Positions 40,418 to 51,000 of a stretch of 64,000 bases of DNA are shown piece by piece. The stretch lies in contig JAAYAM010000018.1 of the NCBI GenBank assembly GCA_012719355.1, positions 35,758-99,757 of the forward strand. The letters run 5' to 3'. The DNA is from Acidobacteriota bacterium (GTDB lineage Bacteria; Acidobacteriota; UBA6911). Both the position numbers and the translations under genes were made by a program. The notes below the pieces were generated by a model, which made no database searches, had not been told where the DNA came from, and was given only the letters and a program-made list of their open reading frames with translations. Every line of letters begins with the position of its first letter. Positions within the stretch are counted from its first letter, which is position 1.

Positions 40418-41518
40418 ATGTATCCTCAGGTCAGTCGTATAATGGAAGAAGGTGAAACGATAGCGGTTGCGACTATCGTTTCCACACTCGGTTCGACTCC
40501 AAGGGAAGTCGGAGCAAAGATGGTGGTTACGAGGTCCGGCGAGATAATCGGCACTGTCGGAGGCGGATGCGGAGAAGCAGAAGTTGTACGTTCCGCAGTT
40601 CAGGCAATCCGGGAGAGGAAGCCGGCCCTGGTAAGGGTCGAACTGATGGACGACATCGAATCGGACAGTCCGGCCGTGTGTGGCGGCATCCTCAATGTTT
40701 TCGTCGATCCGTGGTGGAAGGATGACGACGCGTCGATTCCCGCACGGATTGCGGATGAACTGGCCAGGGTAAGCGAGACCGGCGAGTCAGCGGTAGTCGC
40801 AACAGTTCTGGGCTCGGCCGGCGGCGCCATCGCTCCCGGACAGAAATGCGTCATACGGGACGGCAGCGTTCTGATCAGCAGCATCAGAAACGAAGCATTG
40901 CTGCAGGCCATCATCAGGGAATCTGATGAGCGAATGGTCAATGAACAGAGCCGGCAGGTCGCACTGTCCCTCCCGGACACAGGCGATAAAGTTGAAGTCT
41001 TTTTCGACGTTATCACCGCAGTTCGCAAAGTCATTATTGTCGGCGCGGGGCATCTGGCAGTCCCGCTGGCGCAATTTGCGAAGATCCTGGGCTTCCATAT
41101 TACGGTACTCGATGACCGAGTGATCTACGCCAATAGAGACAGGTTCCCCGATGTCGATGAAGTCATCGTCGGCGATATGGCTGAGACCCTTGGGAATCTC
41201 GAAATCACACCTCAGACCTACATAGTCCTGATCACCAGGGGGCATCAATTCGATGAACCGTGCCTGCGGCGAGTAATCAACAGCCCTGCGAAATACATCG
41301 GGATGATCGGAAGCAGACGGCGGATCAAGGCCTGTTTCATAAGGTTCAGGGATGAAGACGGGATCCCGGAGGAACTTCTGAAGAGAGTCTATGCTCCCAT
41401 CGGGCTGGATATCAAAGCGGAATCTCCCGAAGAGATTGCTCTTTCGATTGTTGCCGAGATGGTGAAAGTGCGTCGAGGCGGAAGTGCGCAATCCCTCGCC
41501 GGACTGCAGCTTGCCTGA
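40418..41518 (+). CDS. XdhC/CoxI-family accessory protein
   Basis: The N-terminal XdhC_CoxI motif is IAVATIVSTLGSTPREVGAKMVV...GTVGGGCGE. The C-terminal Rossmann motif is VIIVGAGHLAVPLAQFAKILGF. I trimmed the track ORF (40313) to the ATG at 40418. Confidence 0.85.
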   Translation: MYPQVSRIMEEGETIAVATIVSTLGSTPREVGAKMVVTRSGEIIGTVGGGCGEAEVVRSAVQAIRERKPALVRVELMDDIESDSPAVCGGILNVFVDPWWKDDDASIPARIADELARVSETGESAVVATVLGSAGGAIAPGQKCVIRDGSVLISSIRNEALLQAIIRESDERMVNEQSRQVALSLPDTGDKVEVFFDVITAVRKVIIVGAGHLAVPLAQFAKILGFHITVLDDRVIYANRDRFPDVDEVIVGDMAETLGNLEITPQTYIVLITRGHQFDEPCLRRVINSPAKYIGMIGSRRRIKACFIRFRDEDGIPEELLKRVYAPIGLDIKAESPEEIALSIVAEMVKVRRGGSAQSLAGLQLA

Positions 41519-41531
41519 TACGGGACGTCAG

Positions 41532-42056
41532 ATGACGACAGGCCGAAAAAAGCAAAATGTAATACTCTGCGGATTCATGGGCACCGGGAAATCGTCCGTG
41601 GGAAGGAGACTCGCCGAACTGACCGGGTACGGTTTTCTCGACATGGACGCCGTGATCGAAAGCGAGGAACGGATGTCGATCCCTGACATCTTTGCCACCC
41701 GCGGAGAACCTGCGTTCCGCGCTCTGGAGTCCGGGCTGGTGGACCGCATCTGCCGGATGGTCAGGCAAGTCGTTGCAACCGGAGGTGGGACAGTTGCAAA
41801 CCCGGAGAACCTCGCGAAGCTGAAGCGGTGTGGAACCGTCGTTGCCTTGACGGCGGACATCGAAACGATCTTCGCGCGTGTCGGGTCAGGCGAAGGCCGC
41901 CCGATGCTGAAACAGGGAGATACGGAGGAAAGGATCCGCACTCTGCTGCAGAAGCGCGCCGAGGCATATGCGCAGGCGGACCTTACGATCGACACATCGC
42001 AGCGGACAATCGAAGAGGTCGCGCGGCGGATTATGACTCTGCTGCAGGGGGATTGA
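41532..42056 (+). CDS. aroK: Shikimate kinase
   Basis: [30 protein letters not shown] (Walker A) is followed by FRALE and GGG motifs. Size is about 175 aa. Confidence 0.9.
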   Translation: MTTGRKKQNVILCGFMGTGKSSVGRRLAELTGYGFLDMDAVIESEERMSIPDIFATRGEPAFRALESGLVDRICRMVRQVVATGGGTVANPENLAKLKRCGTVVALTADIETIFARVGSGEGRPMLKQGDTEERIRTLLQKRAEAYAQADLTIDTSQRTIEEVARRIMTLLQGD

Positions 42057-42495
42057 CCTCCCGGTCCCTGAGTATTCCTATGAGCGCTTCAATACCGAAA
42101 AGATAACTGCGCCAGCCGAAGCCGGCGATGCACCCTGCCGCCACCGCCGAAATCACAGAATGACGGCGGAACTCCTCACGCGCATAGATGTTCGAAAGGT
42201 GAACTTCAACCGCCGGAAGCCGCACGGAGGCAATAGCGTCCCGGAGCGCATAGGAATAGTGCGAGTATGCTCCCGGGTTGATGACGATGCCGTCCGCCCA
42301 CTCCGAAGCCTGATGGATGGCGTCGATAAGGGCGCCTTCGCTGTTGGACTGGAAGCAGCGCAGCTCGGCGCCGTTTTCCAGGGCAACCCTGCTTACGCGC
42401 CCGTTGATTTCCTCCAGTGTCAGCGCTCCGTAAATCCCGGGTTCCCGCTTCCCGAGAAGGTTCAGATTTGGTCCGTGAATGAGCAGTATCTTCAT
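42031..42495 (-). CDS. aroQ: Type II 3-dehydroquinate dehydratase
   Basis: [23 protein letters not shown]...[15 protein letters not shown]...VEVHLSNI. Confidence 0.95.
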   Translation of the reverse strand: MKILLIHGPNLNLLGKREPGIYGALTLEEINGRVSRVALENGAELRCFQSNSEGALIDAIHQASEWADGIVINPGAYSHYSYALRDAIASVRLPAVEVHLSNIYAREEFRRHSVISAVAAGCIAGFGWRSYLFGIEALIGILRDREVNPPAAES

Positions 42496-42513
42496 AGCCG
42501 CCCCCCGATATGG

Positions 42514-43509
42514 CTATTTCATCGTAACGTGGACTTTCCCCGCTTCGCCGGAGCCGGCCGTATTCAACGCCGTTGCTATTGAATCGAATGAGTAGGTGTG
42601 GGTTACCACACTTCCGGGATGCAGAGTTCCTCTGGCAACCATGTCGATCACATAAGCAAAATCGCCGGGATGGTCGTAAATCATGGAAGTACGGATGTCG
42701 ATCCCTTCACGGACGATTCGCATTGGAATGAAGCTGGCCGGCGCCGAGGCTAGTCCCAGCAGGATGACCTCTGCTCCCCGGGGGGCCGATTTCAGTGCCA
42801 GCTCAACAGTTACAGACGCACCGGCACATTCAAAGACGGTCACGACCTCCTCCCCGTCCCATACCTGTTCCAGTTCATCCTGGTCTGCAATCGCCATGGC
42901 TCCAAGATCGCGGGCCATCTGCAGTTTCTCGGCAAGCCTGTCGTGTGCGATTACACGCACGCCGCGCGCGACCGCCGCATGTATCAGGAGGAGACCGACG
43001 ACCCCGCATCCGAGAACCGCAACCGTATCGCCCGACTTGACTCCGGATTTCAGCAGCCCGTGGACAGAGACTGCAAGCGGTTCAATCGTCGCTGCGTCCC
43101 GGTCCGAAATGCTGTCGGGAATGGCCCACACAAATTCGGCAGGAGCGGTTGCCTGCAGCGCGAAACATCCCGGCACGTTGACCCCCATGCTCTCCTTGTC
43201 CTGACATACGGCCCCTCTCCCGGTTCGGCACAGACGGCACGAGCCGCACGGATAGTTCGGCTCAACAATGACCCTCTGGCCGGGTTTGAATTTCGTCACT
43301 CCGGCTCCCACCGCCGTTATGTGACCGAAGAGTTCATGGCCGAGTATGAACGGATACGGAACGACCCGACGGCCCGCGTAAAACGAAAGGTCGGTGCCAC
43401 AAACTCCGGTGATTGCAGGCTGGATCATCACGTGTCCGGGCTCAATCTGAGGAAGAGAGACCTCCTCAACCGACACAGTCCCGGGGGAGATAAGCAGAGC
43501 GGCCTTCAT
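42514..43509 (-). CDS. Zinc-dependent medium-chain alcohol/polyol dehydrogenase family protein
   Basis: GVCGTDLSFYAG, GHELFGHI, the structural-Zn Cys cluster CGSCRLCRTGRGAVC and the Rossmann motif VAVLGCGVVG are all present. Confidence 0.85.
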   Translation of the reverse strand: MKAALLISPGTVSVEEVSLPQIEPGHVMIQPAITGVCGTDLSFYAGRRVVPYPFILGHELFGHITAVGAGVTKFKPGQRVIVEPNYPCGSCRLCRTGRGAVCQDKESMGVNVPGCFALQATAPAEFVWAIPDSISDRDAATIEPLAVSVHGLLKSGVKSGDTVAVLGCGVVGLLLIHAAVARGVRVIAHDRLAEKLQMARDLGAMAIADQDELEQVWDGEEVVTVFECAGASVTVELALKSAPRGAEVILLGLASAPASFIPMRIVREGIDIRTSMIYDHPGDFAYVIDMVARGTLHPGSVVTHTYSFDSIATALNTAGSGEAGKVHVTMK

Positions 43510-43666
43510 TGTTCCTCCTTCTTTCGTAATACGGCACAGTAGCCTATCACAGAGGCCGGCATTTCCGTGCCTCCAACTTTGAACAGGTGCGATTGTACTA
43601 ATACAAACTCACTAAAAAATTATAGGGCGTAAGTTGACGAAGCGTGCTAAAATTCGGTCGGCAGCA

Positions 43667-43685
43667 GGAAATTCTAAGAATTTCC
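43667..43685. promoter_or_regulatory. Perfect 19-bp palindrome GGAAATTCTAAGAATTTCC upstream of the ferredoxin gene
   Basis: 9-bp arms around a single central base, read directly. It lies between a TTGACG...TAAAAT stretch and the GGAGG RBS at 43702-43706. Confidence 0.35.
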
Positions 43686-43715
43686 GAGACATCAAATTGT
43701 TGGAGGAAAATGAAG

Positions 43716-44018
43716 ATGGCATTTAAGATAACGGAAGACTGCATCAGCTGCGGCGCGTGCCAGCCGGAATGCCCGAATGAAGCTATTGTTGTCGGCGGTG
43801 AAGAGTACGAGGTGAATGGCAAGACGTATCCGGCTCTCGCGGAAGACACCTACTATATCGCTCCCGAGAGATGCACCGAATGCGTTGGATTCAATGATGA
43901 ACCGATGTGTGTGTCAGTCTGCCCGACCGATTCGCCAGTGAGAGACGAAAGCAATCCGGAATCCAAGGAAGCCCTGTTGGAAAAGGCAAAAGCTCTCCAT
44001 CCAGACAAACAGTTTTAG
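43716..44018 (+). CDS. 4Fe-4S dicluster ferredoxin
   Basis: MAFKITEDCISCGACQPECPNEAI and CTECVGFNDEPMCVSVCPTD. The ATG at 43716 is 9 nt from the GGAGG; the ATG at 43710 is an alternative start. Confidence 0.85.
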   Translation: MAFKITEDCISCGACQPECPNEAIVVGGEEYEVNGKTYPALAEDTYYIAPERCTECVGFNDEPMCVSVCPTDSPVRDESNPESKEALLEKAKALHPDKQF

Positions 44019-44034
44019 CTTTACTGAGCCGGGA

Positions 44035-44068
44035 AGCTCGCAGTGGACATGCTGCACAGCTGCGAGCT
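44035..44068 (+). terminator. Hairpin downstream of the ferredoxin gene
   Basis: AGCTCGCAG (44035-44043) / CTGCGAGCT (44060-44068) gives a 9-bp stem. There is no clean T tract afterwards. Confidence 0.3.
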
Positions 44069-44385
44069 GTGAGCTTCTAGCTCGTTTCGTACTTCTCCTC
44101 TTCTTGCAGTCACTTTCCCATCAAAAGAAAATTTGATCTGTACTCAGTCTCGTCTCTGCCGTACTATCAGACGAACGATATTCGAAATATGTTATTTTCA
44201 TCACAATCCTGCCGATACGTACTATTACGGACCACCGGTTGGCTAATGACGCCTACCTTGGATTGAGTAGTTTGGCTGATTGATTCACAAGCATGATGAA
44301 GGTTCAATAGGAGCATCCAAGCGCAATTGTGCATGGACCGGAAGACCGGCTGTTCCTGACTCGGAATATACTTGTGGGGGTTGTT

Positions 44386-44577
44386 ATGAACGTATGCAGC
44401 TTCAAGAAATTGGTCAAATTGCTTGACCGGCAACTGAATCTGGACGAGAAACTCGAGGTCCTCGATCATCTGGAATCGTGCCCGATCTGCAGGGACGCGG
44501 TTTACCAGATCTCCCGTGATCGGGATGAGGCGCTTTTCGTCCGGCGGCCTTTCAACGTTGAAAAGAACGTAGCGTAG
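44386..44577 (+). CDS. Small zf-HC2 (anti-sigma-factor-type zinc finger) protein
   Basis: 63-aa protein MNVCSFKKL... carrying the HLESCPIC (H-x3-C-x2-C) ZAS motif. It has no TM or output domain. Confidence 0.5.
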   Translation: MNVCSFKKLVKLLDRQLNLDEKLEVLDHLESCPICRDAVYQISRDRDEALFVRRPFNVEKNVA

Positions 44578-44646
44578 CTCTTCGCCGGGTTGTTGCAGGG
44601 ACGCAGGCTTTCCCCTCCTCGAGCCGACTCTGCCGGCGGTAGAGTA

Positions 44647-44892
44647 TCAGGCTATCCGATTCACCCGATCCCTTATTGTACTCACGCCCATCTCGTCGGC
44701 ACAGTGTGCGCAGCAGTAGAACTCGTTCTCAGATTCGACCCCATGACCGATAATTCTGCAGCCGCAGTGGTGGCACGGAGGGGCCAGCAGGTGGATCGCA
44801 CATTCAAAACAGTCGAAGGTGTGAATCTCTCCCTCCAGCCGTACTTCCATGCACTTGTCATATTCGTTTCCGCAGGTCTCACACCTGATCAT
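44647..44892 (-). CDS. Small cysteine-rich (11 Cys in 81 aa) putative metal-binding protein
   Basis: MIRCETCGNEYDKCMEVRLEGEIHTFDCFECAIHLLAPPCHHCGCRIIGHGVESENEFYCCAHCADEMG. GAGGGGGGGAGG lies upstream of the ATG. Confidence 0.6.
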   Translation of the reverse strand: MIRCETCGNEYDKCMEVRLEGEIHTFDCFECAIHLLAPPCHHCGCRIIGHGVESENEFYCCAHCADEMGVSTIRDRVNRIA

Positions 44893-45028
44893 ATTCCATT
44901 CCTCCCCCCCTCAACGAAGATGCAACTCGCGTTCCACCCGTCACTTGACAGGTCGCGTGCAATCAGTGATCGGCGGCCGGGTCAATCTATAGTAAAATCG
45001 CCCTGGTTACGCAGCCCATGGACGGGTA

Positions 45029-48000
45029 ATGACGTATCAAGGACGTATGAAGAAGCGCTGGATCAGATTTGCCCTCTTACTGCCCGCATCACTTGTCGCC
45101 ATCCTGGTGGCATTTCTGCTATTTGTCCAGACTCCGTTCGCGGGACGGCTGATCGCCCGTCAGGTCCGCAGCTATCTGATCGAAAAGTACGGTGCCGATC
45201 TGCGGTGCACGGGACTCAGACTGAACCTCCTGAACACTTCCGTCGAGATCGACGATGTTGCAGTTCATTCCACTTCTACGCCGGGACTGCCGCCTGTTTT
45301 TCAGGCCGACACGGTTCGGGTGAAAGTCGGACTGGGCGGCATCCTGCGTGGAGTGACCGATCTCGAGCGGATTGAAATTGGGAGACCGCAGGTCAGCTAC
45401 GTTATCGGGAAAGACGGCCGAAGCAACATCCCTGAAATTCCTCCCTCTTCGGGCGAAAAGACTTCGCGGTTCCTCATCTCCCAGGCGATCGCCGAGAACG
45501 GATCGTTCCGGTATGAAGATGCCCGTGACGCCACTACCGTGATCTTTCCTTACTGGCAACTGTCGATCGCCGGAAATCGCGAGACGTTCGATCATGAAAT
45601 CAGCCTCACGGCGGGCCCTGTGGAGAAATTCCAGATTCAGGGACGTGTGATCCCGCTCGAAAGCTTAACGTTTTCGGGGCTCCTGCAGCCGGATGATCTC
45701 AGGATCAGGCTCGCCGAATTCCGTTTTCCCGGATCGATTGTAGCTGTATCCGGATCCATCACCGACTTGGATGCCCCCGGACTGGAACTGCAAATCAGCC
45801 CGGATCTTGATCTCGGCAGAATTATCAGCAGCGCGGGACTAAACTGGCCCGTTAAGGGGCGTGTTGCCGGCACCATCTCGGTTGTCGGCGCTTCCACCGC
45901 TCCTTCCATCAATGGACGACTGACGGGACGCAATATCGACGCCGGCCGCTACCGCAAAACCCGGTTCGATCTCCGGACCTCGGCAGAGATCACTTCAGAA
46001 GAGATTCTCCTCCGCGATGTCCGCCTTGTATCTCCGGAGGGCTCTCTGAACGCCAGCGGACGATTGTCCCTGTCACCTGAAGGTTCCAGTACCCTCGATG
46101 TCGGGATCAGGGACTTCAACCTGTACGGACTCGGGAAACAGCTCGATGCGCCGTTTGATATCGCAAGCCTTGTGACGGGAAGGGTCGCGCTGCGCTGGAA
46201 GGGGGCTTTCGCTCTTTCCCGAATCCGCGCAAATGCCAACCTCGACATGAGGACCTCGACAGACGTGCATGCTCCTGATCTTCTGCCGCTTTCCGGGACG
46301 CTGCATGCCAGGATGCAGTCAGACCGCATCGACGGTGAACTCCGGGACTTTTCGGTGATGGGGAGCCGTATCGCCGGCAGCTTTTCGCTCGATTCGCTGG
46401 AAACGCTGCAGGCTAATCTTGAAGGAACGATACCGGAAATTGATTCGACTGCGGCCCGCCTTGCGAAATTCCTCGGCGACTCGGGCGACGATCTCGCCGG
46501 ACTGGAACTCGGCGGAGCCGCCCATTTTCAAGTCCAGGCCGCAGGGCAGCTGCAAAACCCTGCCCTCACGGTCTCACTCGAAGCTTCTGAGCTGCGGGCA
46601 AGCGAATTCAAACACCTCAAGGCGCAGGTTAACGCCGCCATCGAAGGCCCTCACATTGAACTCGATACTGCGGTGACGTTTCCCCAGGAATCCACTCTGA
46701 ACGCACATGCGACTTTGGACACGCAGGGGGAGAAGACCCTGCTGGACTTGAACGCCTCCATCCGGGCAATGCCTGTCTTGTCGTTGCTGGCATCTCTGGA
46801 AAAAGACATCGAAGGATCCGGGACTTTCACCTCGGAATTGCACGTCAGCGGACCGATGGATGCCCCCGAGGCAAGCCTTGAGGTCACGAGCGATCCTATC
46901 TGGATAGAAGAGCAGCCTGTCGGGCAACTTGATCTTGCGTTGCACCTCTCCGAGGGCCGGCTCCGGTCCGAGCGGTTCCGAATCGTGAGAGACCGGACGG
47001 ATCCTGACCAGGACTATCTCGACGCGCGCATCACGTACGTTCCGAAATCGAGAGAATTCAGTTTCCAGGCAAACGGCAAGGCGCTCGACATGGGTCGGCA
47101 TACCTTCGGAGGGACAAAGGTAGAGGGCAGGATCAACCTCACGGCGTCTGGAAAAGGAACGATCGATAACCCGTCCATCGCAGCGGTGATCGAATCAGAC
47201 GACATCCGGGTACAGCAGAGATCGCTCGGGCCTGTGACCGTCACGGCTGACTTGTTGAACCAGGATCTGTCCGTCAAAACGACGGCGCCGCGCCTGAACC
47301 TTGCGTCGAACGTCCATATGGAGAACCGATCACCTTTCCCGTTCCAGGGTTCGGTGGAAGCCCGGAACCTTCAATTGGCGCTCTTCGAAATCGGGCTCGC
47401 GAAAGATGAATTGCTGGCCGGAGCCATCTCCGCCCTGGTCAAGGGTTCGGGAAACCTGGAGGATCTGTCCAAATCACGAGTTACGGCGCACATCGAGAAT
47501 GTGCATCTGGAAAGCGGCGCACTCAAGATAAACAGCCAGGGCCCGATAGATGCCGAATACCGGGACAACACGATCGAATTGAAGCGGCCGGCGATCATAG
47601 CAAGCGGAGATTCACGACTCGAATTGGCCGGCAGAGTGCCGCTTGAGAAGTCGAGTTCAGAGGGAACCCTGACCATCAGGGGAGAGATCGATCTTGAGCA
47701 GGCTGCCGGCTTTCTGCCTCCCCAACGGCAACTCGCTGCAGCGGGAAAGATGTATCTCAATGTGGCACTCTCGGGTGCCATGGATTTTCTGGCCGCTGCA
47801 GGAGTAATCACGGTACAGAACGGGCGTCTGCAGCATGCCGGTCTGCCGGTACCGCTGACGGGGATTGAAATCAGGAGTGCCATCGAGGGCGGTGCCCTGA
47901 CGCTGCAGAGAGCCGAGGCGAGTTTTGGAGAGGCGGCGATCAGCGCTAGAGGAGAGTTGCCGTTCGGTTTGCTGCCAGGGAATCTGCCGGTGCAGTTCTA

Positions 48001-51000
48001 CCGCAAGCAGGGTCCTGCGCAGCTTGTGCTCGACGTTGACAACCTCAGGCCCGAAGCTACGGAAATGCTTCCGGAAGGAATCAGCGGCCTTCTCTCGCTG
48101 CACGCAGAAGGAGAAGCGAAAAGTTTTGACCTGGAGGGAATCAGGGCAACTGCGGCCTTCCAGGACCTGCGCTTCAAAGCCAATCAGATCGAGATAGCAC
48201 AGCAGGGGGCATCCACGATCGTGCTGCAAGACGGAGTCGCCTCCGTCGCCCGATTCACGCTGACGGGGACAGGAACGAATATTGACATCACCGGTTCATT
48301 CGGACTCCTTCCCGGAAGCCCTGTGGATCTCAGGCTTGCGGGCGACTTCAATGCCGGATTGCTCACATTCGTCGACCAGAATCTCAAGGCCGCCGGAAGA
48401 ACGGACGTCAGGGTGGTGGTCGGTGGAACCCGGGAGGATCTGAAATTTGCGGGGATCGCGGAGATGAACGGAGGCCGGGTCACGCTTGTGAGTCCGCGGC
48501 TTGTCGCCGACAGCCTGACCGTAAGGTTGAGCCTTACTCCGGAACAGCTGACTCTCCAGGAGTTGAAGGGAACGCTCAACGGCGGTTCCGTTACGGCCGA
48601 AGGCACGGTCGCATCAAAGCGAAGCACCTTTGATGACTTCGACCTCAAAATGCGTGTTCAGGATGTTTTCTTCGACTATCCGCAAGGGCTGAAATCATCC
48701 TCGAGCGGCGATCTCACATTTACCTCACAGGATGACTTCCTTGTTGTAGGCGGGACTGTCCGGATACAGGAGAGTTCGTACCGGGAAGACTTCACAGTCA
48801 CCGGACAGCTGATGAATTTTCTCAAGTCACAGGGTTTCGAAGAAGAAGTGGAACCAAACCCGTTTCTGGACCGCATCCGTTTCAACGTTGCGGTCAGGAC
48901 CGTCACGCCGCTCCAGGTGCAGAACAATGTGGCGAGCATAGAAGCCACGGCAAATCTGAGGCTTGTCGGAACCGTTAACGACCCGTCGGTCACCGGCAGG
49001 ATAACCCTGAACGAAGGGGGCGAGATAATATTGAACAATCGGTCGTACTTTCTCGACCGCGGCAGCATAACCCTGACCGATCAAACACGGATAAGGCCGG
49101 AACTGGACCTGCAGGCCCAAACCAAGGCCCACGATTATCAGATAATTCTTGAACTGACAGGCACGCCGGACAAACTCACGACAACGTTGCGGGACGAATC
49201 GCAGGTACTGACGGAGCGACAGATCATCTCGCTCCTCCTTACCGGCAAGACCGACACCGACACCCAGGACACGGGAGCGAACGGAACCTCCACCGCCGGA
49301 AGCACGATGAAGACTCAGGCGCTTTCGCTTTTGGCCGGACAGGCGGGAGAACAGCTCACCCGTGAAGCACGGCAGGCGCTACGCCTCAGCACGTTCAGAA
49401 TAGACCCGGGAATGATCCAGTCCGAATCCGAGACAGCCGGACCCAGACTTACGCTCGGGGATGACATAACCAGCAAGCTCGGCATCCTTTACTCCATGAG
49501 CCTGGAAGGCGGCGGCAAAGAGATTGTCAGCGCCCGCTACGATATCGCACGCAGGCTTAGTGTGCAGACTACGAAACAGGAAGACAACATCTTCAGGTTC
49601 CAGATGCTTCACGATCTGCGCTTCGGTGGTGCCACAAGGCAAAGATCGGGCGGCCAGAGACGGGAGAGATTCGAGATCGGGTCAATAGAGTTCAAAAGCC
49701 CCACCCCCTCGGAAACGCTGCTGGGCAAGTTCAAGGCAAAGCCCGGAGACAAGTATGATTTTCCGAAGATCCAGAAGGGACTGGATAATCTGCAGGAGTA
49801 CTACAGAGCCGAGAAGCGGCTCGAAGCAGACATCCGGCTTGAAAGAGAGACCAGCCGGAACAAGGTCAATCTGGATATCTCGGCTGTCCCCGGGCCGGTC
49901 GTGTCGTTCGTTTTCGAAGGCGTGCCCCTGCCGCAGCGTCTGAAAAAGGAGGTCGAGGAAGCCTGGACAAGCGGCGTGTTCGATGTCGAACGACTTGACG
50001 ATGCGGTCAGCGCAATACGCTTCTATCTGCTCAGCGAGGGTTACCTGCAGGCGGCAATCTCTCACAGGATCGAAACCGACACCGACAGCAAGACCGTTTA
50101 TTTCAACGTCGAGCCCGGAGTGCGCTATGCCGGAGTCTCCAGGATTTTCCCCGGAGCTTCGCGCATCAAGGACTGGGTTTTGAACGAAGCTATCGACCGG
50201 GCCGGTCTTGGAATGGACGTTTACACGAATCCACGTAAGGTCTCCGATTTTCTCAAACGATACTATCAGCAGCGTGGCTATCTTCAGACAAAGGTGAGCC
50301 TTCCCCTGCCCGAACTCGACCCGGAAACCGGAACCGGTAAGGTCGTCATAACGATCGACGAAGGGCCCCAGTTTCTGGTTGGCGAACTGGAGTTCACCGG
50401 AAACGCCTCTTTCGAGTATGACGAACTCTGGAGCATCATTCCCACGTCGATCGGGAGCATCTTTAATACCGGCAGCATGCAGGATGCAGTGAAGGCGCTG
50501 GAGGATTTTTACCGTGCACGGGGCTACAATGAAGTCACCGTAACATACCGCGTTTCGCATGATCCTGCGAAGGCACTTGCTAATGTCCTCTTCCAGATCA
50601 CCGAGCGCAGGAAGTCCGTCATCCGCGAAATCGTGGTGGAGGGAAATCAGAGAACGAGCCAGAGCTTTGTCCTTAGCCAGCTGGACTTCCAGGTCGGAGA
50701 CGTGCTCGATGTCGCAAAAATCAACGAGAGCAGGAGGCGTTTCTACGCCACGCGAGTATACAGCTCGGTCGATTTTATAACAGAGGAGACACCGGGCGCC
50801 CAGAATCCACAGGTGAAGAACGTCCGCATCCGCGTAAGACTCCGGGAAGTCCAGCCCTACCGGTTCCAGTACGGCTTCCTCGTTGATACCGAGGGAAAGC
50901 GGGGGGGCTTGGTGGAGCTTCAGAATCTCAACTTACTGGGGAGAGCCTCGGCTCTCGGAATGAGGTTGCGGATTGATTCCGAGTTCAAGGAAGGCCGGCT

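Noticed and set aside
44167-44469. 100-aa minus-strand ORF in the AT-rich gap.
   Set aside because: It has no RBS, odd composition and no motif, and it overlaps the better-supported zf-HC2 ORF start region.
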